Under the pieces are notes generated by a model. The model did no database searches. It was not told the DNA's origin and saw only the letters and a program-made list of their open reading frames with translations. DNA of 63,385 bases, filler included, from Thraustochytrium aureum (Eukaryota), in the NCBI GenBank assembly GCA_012862495.1. It is 4 parts of 3 records of this genome, joined end to end, with 100 filler letters (N's around TTAATTAATTAA, not from the genome) between each part and the next. Parts side by side here need not be neighbours in the genome. Positions count along the whole stretch, not along the records: positions 1 to 28,463 come from BLSG01000322.1; 3 more parts are not named here. One strand, 5' to 3'. How positions within the stretch are numbered: the first letter of the stretch is position 1; each line of letters begins with the position of its first letter. Made by a program: the position numbers and the translations under genes. Positions 11,160-22,145 of the stretch are shown here, one piece after another.

Positions 11160-11942
11160 TTCACCGGCCTCGCTGAAACTGCCGCGCCCAAAAAACGTAC
11201 TTTGACCTTTTCACGGGCGGGCTTTCAGACCTGCCATCGCCGGCGGTTCTGGCGTCCTGCTCATCGCCGCCCCCCTTGCCCCGCGCGAGGCCGCGCAGGG
11301 CCGCGCGGGCCGCTCCGCGGTGATTCGCGCAAACCGCAGGCCAATCCCCGGCAACCCCGAAACACGGCGTTTTTTTCAGAACAGAATCTATTGCTCTTAC
11401 CTCCTCGCCGCCCGTCGTGGCAGGCCTGCAGTAGCCCAGAGATCCAAAGCAAACTGGTATTTCTGGCCCCCGTAGANNNNNNNNNNNNNNNNNNNNNNNN
11501 NNNNNNNNNNNNNNNNNNNNNNNNNNNNNNNNNNNNNNNNNNNNNNNNNNNNNNNNNNNNNNNNNNNNNNNNNNNNNNNNNNNNNNNNNNNNNNNNNNNN
11601 NNNNNNNNNNNNNNNNNNNNNNNNNNNNNNNNNNNNNNNNNNNNNNNNNNNNNNNNNNNNNNNNNNNNNNNNNNNNNNNNNNNNNNNNNNNNNNNNNNNN
11701 NNNNNNNNNNNNNNNNNNNNNNNNNNNNNNNNNNNNNNNNNNNNNNNNNNNNNNNNNNNNNNNNNNNNNNNNNNNNNNNNNNNNNNNNNNNNNNNNNNNN
11801 NNNNNNNNNNNNNNNNNNNNNNNNNNNNNNNNNNNNNNNNNNNNNNNNNNNNNNNNNNNNNNNNNNNNNNNNNNNNNNNNNNNNNNNNNNNNNNNNNNNN
11901 NNNNNNNNNNNNNNNNNNNNNNNNNGGAGCGCGCTGGGCCAC

Positions 11943-13734
11943 TCATGACGTCGGAGACTGCAACCGGTCGAAACGCCGCGCAACCGCAGACCACAAGAGC
12001 TCACGTCGCGCCCAGGCTTTCATCGCCTGCCTGTGCGAGGCGAGCGCGCGGTCCGGCAACCTAGCAGCCGCCTCCACGACAAAAGCAGCAAAGTCCTGCA
12101 AAAAACGCTGGGTCCTCGGCCATGGGGCGGAGCCTCCCATCAGCGGGCGGCCCGAGGTCCCACTGCCCTGTGAGGTCCGGCAAGGAGGAGTTTTCGAAAC
12201 GGCTCGTCACAGGAATGCTTCCCATTGCCATGGCCTTCATCAGCGAGACGCAGCCAGTCTCTGAGAAGGAGGGTCGGGTACAACGAAAACCCGGCCCGAG
12301 CGTATGCCATTGCGAGCTCGTGGTGGTCGACCATGCCGACGTACACGACACCGTCGCGCTCGAGCTCGCCAATTAGGCGCTTGATGCGCGCCATCCAGGC
12401 AGCAAAGTCCGGAATCGCCGACGCGCCCCACTTGACAAAGGACGCGGAGAAGCCGTAGTAAATGCGCAGAGTGGCGCCTGGAACAGCAGCGCGAATCTGG
12501 GGCCACACCTGCAGGAGCTGCTCGAGGCCGCGATTTGGGGCACTTGCGTAAATAAACTCGCTGCGCTCGTTTGGCCCGTCCACGAAGAACCCCTCTTGCA
12601 ACGCATACATGAGCACCTCGGTGATCGGACCCACAGAAGGCGGCAGGGTGCGCATGTGGAACTTGCTGCCCACCAAAATCTGGTCCAGCAGCCCGCGGCC
12701 CTGCAACGCCGCGATCTGCAGCCCAAGATCGCTCACAACGTCGTGAAGCCAGAGCACCTTTCGCTTCGCCTTCACAGCTAGCGCAAGCGAGATGTGGTAC
12801 CTCCAAGCGACGAACACGTCTACCGGCTCGCTCGCATCAAAGGCCGTGTACGAGAGCCACCTCACGCCCTGCGAATCGGGCGTCACCCCGACGTCCTCGT
12901 CCGGCGGCTCGGCGTAAATCTCCACTTGCCAGCCAAGCTTGGCCAGCTCGCGCGACAGAAAGATCACAGCTTCCTCCGAGCCGCCAGCACCGCCCAGGCT
13001 GGGCGACCGCGGCCCCCACCGCGGCCACCACGTCTGCCCATACTCGTAGCAGTAGAACACAACGCGCCGCCCCGGGGGGGGCTCGGTGGCACCCGCGTCC
13101 AGAGCGTGCCTCTTGGCGCGCGCCTCGGCAAGCGCGCTCGGCGAAAACCACGCCTTGTTCTCGGCAGCGACTGTGGCTAAATGGAGGTCGAGGGCCGCGT
13201 CGTGGCGGCCAGCGCGCCCGAAAAGGACTCCGCCGTGGTACCCGCGAGCGAAACGGTCGCTCGCGTTGCCAACTTGTGCGGCCGCAGCTAAAAGCTCAGC
13301 GGCGAGCAGCTGGTCGTGCGCTGCGCAGGCCTCAGCCATTCTGTGCAGAGCGCGTCCCATGGCCTCGACAGCGCTTGCGTTTGCGTCGGCGTTGGTCTCA
13401 CGAATGAACACCTTGAAGCGCCTCAAGAGGTCTCCGGCGCCCTGGAGCAACTCGGTGCCCTGGGTGGCCTGACCTTTGACCAGACTGTGCGCGAAACCCT
13501 CGAACGTGTTGGCGAACTGAGCGAGGTCGCGGTTCTCGTACGCTTGGCTGAGGGCGCTCGTGAAGGCCTCTGCAGCGCCGGCCGCGTGGCCCTCCTCTAC
13601 GAGCAAGTGTCCGAGATTCGAGAGGAACAGGCCGCTGGGCCACAGCAAGTTGGCCCGAGCCACGAGCCCCGGGTCTGACGTTGCGATCCCCAAAAGGTGA
13701 CTCGTTTGGGCCAAAACTGTCCTCTCACCATCAC
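11943..13734 (-). CDS. Helical (TPR-like) region plus GT-B glycosyltransferase (GT4-like), two frameshifts
   Basis: GAGGSEEAVIFLSRELAKLG, VDVFVAWR, VLWLHD, FIYASAPNRGL and YPT continue by frameshift (about 12270) into SFSETGCVSLMKAMAMG. A second shift (A-run about 12100-12105) leads to MKAWARRELLWSAVARRF. Confidence 0.8.
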
Positions 13735-14049
13735 NNNNNNNNNNNNNNNNNNNNNNNNNNNNNNNNNNNNNNNNNNNNNNNNNNNNNNNNNNNNNNNNNN
13801 NNNNNNNNNNNNNNNNNNNNNNNNNNNNNNNNNNNNNNNNNNNNNNNNNNNNNNNNNNNNNNNNNNNNNNNNNNNNNNNNNNNNNNNNNNNNNNNNNNNN
13901 NNNNNNNNNNNNNNNNNNNNNNNNNNNNNNNNNNNNNNNNNNNNNNNNNNNNNNNNNNNNNNNNNNNNNNNNNNNNNNNNNNNNNNNNNNNNNNNNNNNN
14001 NNNNNNNNNNNNNNNNNNNNNNNNNNNNNNNNNNNNNNNNNNNNNNNNN

Positions 14050-15434
14050 CGCGTCGCGACTTGGACCGCAGTGCGGACAAACTCCTTAGTAGAGTGCACA
14101 ACGAGCTCAGACATACCCACGGCTTCCAGCAGGCTGGCGCCGACGCGGCTCGCGAAAGAGCTGCCGTAGGCAGTCAAAACGGGGACGCCGCTCCAGAGAG
14201 CGTCAGTGGCAGTCGAGTGCGCCCCGTACACAAACGAGTCCAAGAACAAGTCGACACCCATGATCCGGTTCAAATGCTCTGTCTTGGAAACACGCGGCAC
14301 AAAGACAAGCCTGGACCAGTCGACCCCGCGCGAGGCAAACGCCGCGGCCAGGTTCGAAGTGACGTTGACACCGAGATCGGCGTCGTCCTTTGGGGCGATG
14401 AGAACGAGCACGCTGTGAGGCACTGCGGCCAATACCGAGGCCCACACGTCCAGCGTGATCGGGTCCATCTTGTGCAGCGAGTTGAAGTTGGCAAACCGGA
14501 ACGGGGCTCGCGTCGCGGCGTCCTCGGGATCGATGCCCAGGGCAGCAACCGCGGGAGCGCGGCACTTGACGAATCGCGCAGCGCCGAGCGCCTGCGAGCA
14601 GAAAGCCACGGTCCAGTTGTACTGGTTGACTTGGTACGTTTCTGGGAGAAAGAGGACGTCCTCGGTGACCTCCGTCCGTGCCTGCACCGTTTCTGCTGGG
14701 AGGACGTGCCTGTCTGCCACGACGAACGCCCCGGGCGCGTCGAGGCCCGTCGAGCCCGGGTAGCCTAGGTAGTTGACAAACGTTGGTGCGGGCAGCTGCA
14801 TGACCAAGTCGACTCGGGCTCCGCGCGTATGCGCCATGAGGTCGACCAGAATGTGAACGCCGTCGCGGCGAATCAGGTCGGCTGCACTATCCGTCGGAGT
14901 CCCGAACAAGTCCACAAATCGGGCCGCGGATTCCTCGAGACGCTCGCGCTGCGAAGAGCCGTCCTGGGGGCCGTACATGTAGATGATCGGTGTCACGACA
15001 GCTCGGTCGTGCATCTCGAGGAGGCCTTGAGTAAGGTAGCCCATGGGGTGCTCGCGCATGTCATACGACAGGTACCCGACGAGCAGCGGATCCCTCCCCC
15101 CGCGTGGCGGCCGCGCCGCGGCGATCCGCGATGGGTCGATCGGCTGCTTGGCAACCGCTGCGCGCGCGAAATCAGCGAGAGACACCCGCCCCTCCCCGGT
15201 AAAGAGCGATGACACCATCAACTGCGTGTCGTACGGAGGGAGCTGGAGTGCCCGCCCCGCTGCTTTGGCGCTGAGCACGGCCTCCAGCAGGTGGTGGTGG
15301 CGTGCCTCCCAGCGGTCCCAGAGGCACAGCGACCGCTGCGCGACGACACCTTGCAAAAGGGCTGGGATATTCCCAGGGTCAAGCTGCGCTGCCGCAGCGT
15401 GCTGCCGTAGCGCCCCGTACAAGTCGCCCGCTTC
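14050..15434 (-). CDS. O-GlcNAc transferase-like GT41 catalytic region, partial (both ends in gaps)
   Basis: VGYLSYDMREHPMG, ILVDLMAHT, YLGYPGSTG, FANFNSLHKM and DLFLD...HSTATDALWSGVPVLT...FASRVGASLL. The HP and NFN-L-K signatures are closer to OGT/SEC than to SPINDLY. Confidence 0.88.
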
Positions 15435-16621
15435 NNNNNNNNNNNNNNNNNNNNNNNNNNNNNNNNNNNNNNNNNNNNNNNNNNNNNNNNNNNNNNNNNN
15501 NNNNNNNNNNNNNNNNNNNNNNNNNNNNNNNNNNNNNNNNNNNNNNNNNNNNNNNNNNNNNNNNNNNNNNNNNNNNNNNNNNNNNNNNNNNNNNNNNNNN
15601 NNNNNNNNNNNNNNNNNNNNNNNNNNNNNNNNNNNNNNNNNNNNNNNNNNNNNNNNNNNNNNNNNNNNNNNNNNNNNNNNNNNNNNNNNNNNNNNNNNNN
15701 NNNNNNNNNNNNNNNNNNNNNNNNNNNNNNNNNNNNNNNNNNNNNNNNNNNNNNNNNNNNNNNNNNNNNNNNNNNNNNNNNNNNNNNNNNNNNNNNNNNN
15801 NNNNNNNNNNNNNNNNNNNNNNNNNNNNNNNNNNNNNNNNNNNNNNNNNNNNNNNNNNNNNNNNNNNNNNNNNNNNNNNNNNNNNNNNNNNNNNNNNNNN
15901 NNNNNNNNNNNNNNNNNNNNNNNNNNNNNNNNNNNNNNNNNNNNNNNNNNNNNNNNNNNNNNNNNNNNNNNNNNNNNNNNNNNNNNNNNNNNNNNNNNNN
16001 NNNNNNNNNNNNNNNNNNNNNNNNNNNNNNNNNNNNNNNNNNNNNNNNNNNNNNNNNNNNNNNNNNNNNNNNNNNNNNNNNNNNNNNNNNNNNNNNNNNN
16101 NNNNNNNNNNNNNNNNNNNNNNNNNNNNNNNNNNNNNNNNNNNNNNNNNNNNNNNNNNNNNNNNNNNNNNNNNNNNNNNNNNNNNNNNNNNNNNNNNNNN
16201 NNNNNNNNNNNNNNNNNNNNNNNNNNNNNNNNNNNNNNNNNNNNNNNNNNNNNNNNNNNNNNNNNNNNNNNNNNNNNNNNNNNNNNNNNNNNNNNNNNNN
16301 NNNNNNNNNNNNNNNNNNNNNNNNNNNNNNNNNNNNNNNNNNNNNNNNNNNNNNNNNNNNNNNNNNNNNNNNNNNNNNNNNNNNNNNNNNNNNNTGACGC
16401 AAGATACAACTCTGCTGCGACGACGACAGGTCAACGGTTGCGGGCACTCGCGAGCGCCTGCTTGCTGGCGGGGGACGGGCGGCGCGCAGGCCAGGCGCTA
16501 GCAGCGCACGCGGCCGAGGCAGGCGCGAACGGAGGGCGAAAGAGGAAAAATACGTCCTTTGCAAAGAGCTGCGCGAACTGTGCGCGAGCTGGTTGGTGGT
16601 CACGGCGGCGGCCGCGGCGAC

Positions 16622-18209
16622 TCAAATTGCGCCAACGAGGTCGTCGATCTTGAGGATGAGGCGCACGGTCTCGGACGCGAGGGCCAGCGCGCTGGTGGAG
16701 ACGAGGAGGGGCTGGAAGATGTTCTCCTTCGCGAGGTCCGTGATCTGACCCGTCCTCACGTTGATGCCCATCGTGGTGTTGCCGAGAGCGTGCTGGCGAC
16801 GGAGCTCGGTGACAATGTTGATCGGGTTGAGACCGGCGTTCTCGGCGAGGGTGTAGGGGATCACCTCGAGGGCGTCCGCGAAGGCTTTCACACAAAACTG
16901 CTTCTGTCCCGGAAGCGTCTTGGCAAACTTGGAGAGACGCAGGGCCAGCTCGGCCTCGGGGGCCCCGCCGCCCACGATGAGAAACTTTTTCTTGACGAGG
17001 CAGCGGATGACGCAAAAGGCATCGTGCAGGGAGCGCTCCGCCTCGCCCAGAATAAGGCGGTTCGCGCCACGCACGAGAACTGTGACAGTGGTCTGCTTAG
17101 TCTCGCAGCCGGTGATCTTGACGACTCGGCCCGCGCCGAGCGAAACCTCCTCGGCCAGCGCAGCGTGGCCGAGCTTTTCGGGTACGAAGCTGTCGATGTG
17201 CGCGACGGGCAGGCAGCCCGCGGTGCGCGAGATAAACTCGATGTCGTTGCGCTCCACGTCGGTGATGACCATGATCTTCATCTTGGCGAGGAAGTGCAGC
17301 GAGAGGTCGTTGGTGGCGTCGCGCAGGATCGACTTTTGCACGAGAAGCACGTTGCAGCCGGCGTCCTTGATCTTCTTGCACAGCTTGAGAATGTACTTGC
17401 GCTCCTCGCGCAGGATGCGGTCCATGGCGGCGTACTCGGAGACCACGACGTTGTTTTCGATGTCGGTTTTCGGCGCGGAAAGGCAGAACTGGATGAGGCC
17501 GATCTTGGCGTTCTCGACGCGCGGAGGGAGCGCCCGAGACGGAGATGCCCTTCTTGCGGAACACGAGCCCATTCACCAGCTCGGTGTCCTCCACGGTGCC
17601 GCCGAGCTGCTGCACGACGCGGATGTTTTCGTTGATGTCGACGTTGACGGCTGTGGCGGGATCGATCACGCGCAGGGTGGCGTCTACTGCCAGCGGAGCG
17701 AGCGTGGTCGAGTCAGAGCTGACGACCTTGGAGCTCAGCGAGGTGGTGGCGGCCTGGATGAGGGACTCGCGGTCGTCCAGGGTCAGCGGGCGCCCAACGC
17801 TCTCCAGGATGCGCTCCGCCTCCTGCGAGGCCTCGAGAAAGGCCTCGGCGATCAGGGTAGGGTGGATGCCCTTTGCCAGCAGCTGGTGCGTGGACTTTAG
17901 GATCGAGCCGGCGAGGACCACCACGGAGGTGGTGCCGTCGCCGGCTTCGATGTCCTGCGACTTGGACAGCTCTTGCATCATCTTTGCGGCCGGGTGCAAA
18001 CACTTCATCTTGCTGAGGATGGTTGCGCCGTCGTTGGTGATGATCACCTCGCCGTCGTCCCCCTGGATCATCTTGTCCATGCCGCGCGGCCCGAGACTCG
18101 TGCGCACCGCGTCCGCGACGGCCTTCGCCGCAACGAGGTTCGACTCGCGCACATCGGCCTCCTTATCGCGCCTCCGCAGCGTCTCGCCGCTCTGCCCCGC
18201 GGCGACCAT
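16622..18209 (-). CDS. CCT4: T-complex protein 1 subunit delta, frameshifted near 17524
   Basis: [35 protein letters not shown], then [32 protein letters not shown] and EAERSLHDA. One extra base near 17524 reconciles the two ORFs. Confidence 0.96.
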
Positions 18210-19230
18210 CTCGGCAACACCCACGGTCAAAAACCGGCCTCAACAACAACAACGACGACCCGACGAATCCGCTCGACCTTGTCCGCCGCCGCCGCCGCCT
18301 GCTCCTCTTCGGCCTGCTNNNNNNNNNNNNNNNNNNNNNNNNNNNNNNNNNNNNNNNNNNNNNNNNNNNNNNNNNNNNNNNNNNNNNNNNNNNNNNNNNN
18401 NNNNNNNNNNNNNNNNNNNNNNNNNNNNNNNNNNNNNNNNNNNNNNNNNNNNNNNNNNNNNNNNNNNNNNNNNNNNNNNNNNNNNNNNNNNNNNNNNNNN
18501 NNNNNNNNNNNNNNNNNNNNNNNNNNNNNNNNNNNNNNNNNNNNNNNNNNNNNNNNNNNNNNNNNNNNNNNNNNNNNNNNNNNNNNNNNNNNNNNNNNNN
18601 NNNNNNNNNNNNNNNNNNNNNNNNNNNNNNNNNNNNNNNNNNNNNNNNNNNNNNNNNNNNNNNNNNNNNNNNNNNNNNNNNNNNNNNNNNNNNNNNNNNN
18701 NNNNNNNNNNNNNNNNNNNNNNNNNNNNNNNNNNNNNNNNNNNNNNNNNNNNNNNNNNNNNNNNNNNNNNNNNNNNNNNNNNNNNNNNNNNNNNNNNNNN
18801 NNNNNNNNNNNNNNNNNNNNNNNNNNNNNNNNNNNNNNNNNNNNNNNNNNNNNNNNNNNNNNNNNNNNNNNNNNNNNNNNNNNNNNNNNNNNNNNNNNNN
18901 NNNNNNNNNNNNNNNNNNNNNNNNNNNNNNNNNNNNNNNNNNNNNNNNNNNNNNNNNNNNNNNNNNNNNNNNNNNNNNNNNNNNNNNNNNNNNNNNNNNN
19001 NNNNNNNNNNNNNNNNNNNNNNNNNNNNNNNNNNNNNNNNNNNNNNNNNNNNNNNNNNNNNNNNNNNNNNNNNNNNNNNNNNNNNNNNNNNNNNNNNNNN
19101 NNNNNNNNNNNNNNNNNNNNNNNNNNNNNNNNNNNNNNNNNNNNNNNNNNNNNNNNNNNNNNNNNNNNNNNNNNNNNNNNNNNNNNNNNNNNNNNNNNNN
19201 NNNNNNNNNNNNNNNNNNNNNNNNNNNNNN

Positions 19231-21460
19231 GCATCAACATGTTGGTGCGCTGCACAACGTCGAGGTGCTTGAAAAGCGCCCGCTTGAGGCCCCGGTACTC
19301 TGCAATATTCTTGTCGATCGCAGAGACAACCAGCAAGTAGTTTTCGAGCTTTTGCACCGACAGCCGGCCAAGACTCGACGCGCTGGAGAGCGGAACTTGC
19401 TTGTCCCACACCGCGGGATCCACGTTGGCCCGGCCGATGACCCGAGCCTCCTGGGTGAAGCCGGAACTGCGCAGCGAAGTGCTCTCGATCTCGTGAAACT
19501 TGGCTCGCTCCATCAACTTCATCTCTTGGACATAGAGCTGCCAGTTGGTGACGGTCACACCAGAAATAATGTTGACGAAAGCCCACGCGCCAATCACGAT
19601 AAACAGGACAAAGTAGGCGTGGTTGATAAAGTCCATCAGCCCCGAAATCTCGTTCTCTGCGCTTGCGCGCTCAATGTCGGCCCAAATCTCGACCCAGCCG
19701 TCTTGTGTGATCATGATGAAGAGGCTTTGGAAGCTGATGGTCAGCGTGCCAAAGTATTGCGGAACCAGCGGCTCAAAGAGCTGCAGGCCGAGGATTGAAA
19801 ACATAAAGATGAGCAGCAGGATCATCACGATGATGTTGGTCAGCTCGAGCAGCGACTTGAGGAAGGTGTTGACGACAACCTGGAGATTGTGCAGCGCGCC
19901 GAGAATCCGCAGCGCGCGAAATGCGCGCATGACGCGCAGAAACCGCAAGAGCTGCCCTCCCACGGCCTGGCGCGTCCCAATGTCGCGGACAACAGTGCTC
20001 ATGAGCGAGACGAGGATGAGGCTAAAGTCGAAGAGGTTCCAGTTGTCGTACCAAAACGCCTTTTTCTGGAACTTCATCTTGAGCGTGAGCTCCATGAAGA
20101 AGATGGTCAAAAACATGCTGTCTGCCTGGTCAATGAGGCGGCCGTAGTTCTGCTCCAAGTACGGGTCCGAGTACAGCACCGAAAGGACGGTGTTGACCAC
20201 GATGCAGAACAGGATGAATTGCTGAAATATCGGGCTCTCCGTGATCTTGCCAGCGAGCCTGTCCGAATAGTCTACCGAGGTGGACTGCGGCTCTGCCTCG
20301 GCCTCCACGACGTCGTAAAAGTTGATGGGGTCGCCGTTCGTGTTCATGCGATTAGCTCGCTTTTGAAGGGCGAGAAAACGGTTGCGCTCTGCCTGCCTTT
20401 CAGCAAAGCTCGTCCAGGGCCGGGCGCGCTGGGCGGCGGCCGCGGTTGGCCCGTACGCCGAGGCCGCTGGAGCAGGGCCCACTGGGTCCTCCTCTCTGGA
20501 GTCCGAGTGACTGGGGCCAAAAAATATGTTGCGGCCGTCGCGGAGCAAGTCGTTCTCGTCCTCGGCGCGCTTGGACGCCAGCTCACGGCGCCGCTCAAGC
20601 AAATTGTCAGCTGTTGCTTGGCTGCTCGACGCCCGCCGACGCATCCGCATTGGAAGCCCACCTTCCAGGGAGAGGGCCGAGCTCCGGCGCCCAAGCATGC
20701 TGTCGGTGCCGACAGAGCTGCGTCCGCGGGTATCGGCGCTGACGAGTGAATTGCGCGACTTCGCTCCGGCAGCGCCCCATTCCACACCATATGCAGGGCC
20801 CTCCCCAAGACCGTTCACAGTTCGTCGCGCGCCGCTTGCTGCAGGGGAATCGCGACCAGTTCCGGACAGGTTTGCGCGTCTGTCCGAGAGCCGAAATAGC
20901 GACCCGCTACCCAGAGCATTCTCGGAGCCGCTGCCGGGCTCAAGAACCCCGTCTACATCTGCGAGAGTGCCTAAATCCCCGACGCTGCTCCCGGCAATGG
21001 ACTCGGGGATCAGGTACCCCGACGGGTCCTTCGACAGCTCGACTACTTGAGCAGTTTTGGCGTGACTATTTCTTGACGCGCTTTTACCTGACGAGTCTGC
21101 TGCTTTCTTCGGCTTGATGAACGATGATGCCGTTCGCGAAAAAGATGGGCGGCTCGACATCGATTTGCGCGTCTGCTCGGCTGAGACGAGCTCGCCGTTG
21201 GCCTCGAAAGACAGCGCAATGTCGTCTTTGGTCTCGTTCAGGAGGAACGACTGCTTTGGCCGGAATATGGCGCTGCTGGCCAGACCTCGCTTGCTTCCCT
21301 TGGTCTGAAGAAGCAGGTTGGCTTTTGATGGTATATCTCCAGGTCCAAGCGATTCCCCTTTGCCGCTGCCTTTAGTGCTTGCGTCATCCTGGCTCGCGTT
21401 TGTCGAGGCTTTGAGGTCCCCACCTCCAAGTCCGCCGCCCGTGCCGCTGGTCCTCCGCAT
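19231..21460 (-). CDS. CATSPER4: CatSper alpha subunit, CatSper4-like 6-TM Ca2+ channel; 3' end in gap
   Basis: Single S1-S6 domain with WNLFDF, S4 LRFLRVMRAFRALR and pore LFIMITQDGWVEI. The C-terminal coil LENYLLVVSAIDKNIAEYRGLK resembles CatSper4 as recalled. Confidence 0.82.
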
Positions 21461-21735
21461 CGCCGCCAGCAGCGCCGGCCTGTCCGTCCGCAGCCGTGTC
21501 GCTTGCGATTTGCTTGCTGCAAGCCCTTAGGCACGAGCAGGAAACAGCGAGCGCAAGGGTCAACCAGACCAACCAACAATCAAACAATCAATCAAGCAGA
21601 GCAAGTAAGGCGGCGCCAGCCGCGCGAGCGTCTCACGGCCACGCGCAGCCGCCAGCTCGCAGCCGCGTCTGCCAACACAAGGCGGTCTGGCCAGCCCGTG
21701 CCCTGCCTGCCACAGCCCACATTACCGTTTCCATA

Positions 21736-22119
21736 ATCGATTACAATCCCCTGCGCAATCGATCCCTCCCACGCACAATCGATTGATCGATTACGAAGCG
21801 AGAAGCAATCGATTGCAGCCCAACTCTTGATTGATTTCAAAAGACCAAGAGAAAAACAAAGTACANNNNNNNNNNNNNNNNNNNNNNNNNNNNNNNNNNN
21901 NNNNNNNNNNNNNNNNNNNNNNNNNNNNNNNNNNNNNNNNNNNNNNNNNNNNNNNNNNNNNNNNNNNNNNNNNNNNNNNNNNNNNNNNNNNNNNNNNNNN
22001 NNNNNNNNNNNNNNNNNNNNNNNNNNNNNNNNTCAAAAGATCAAGAGAAAAACAAAGTACAATCTTGGTTCTTGAAGCGTGATTAAAATCGAACGAGTCT
22101 TTTAGATAGTTAAATCGAT
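21736..22119. promoter_or_regulatory. AT-rich divergent intergenic region with clustered ATCGAT palindromes
   Basis: ATCGAT at 21736, 21758, 21778, 21786, 21808 and 22114, between the CatSper4 and EH-protein starts. Function is inferred. Confidence 0.4.
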
Positions 22120-22145
22120 TTTTCTCTATCATCCAAGACGAGCAG

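Noticed and set aside
18227..19230. 1077-aa CatSper and other very long ORFs running through N blocks
   Set aside because: Lengths are inflated because N codons hide stop codons.
21837..22061. 29-nt direct repeat flanking a gap, resembling an LTR or target-site duplication
   Set aside because: It abuts both gap edges with one mismatch, so it is most likely an assembly overlap.
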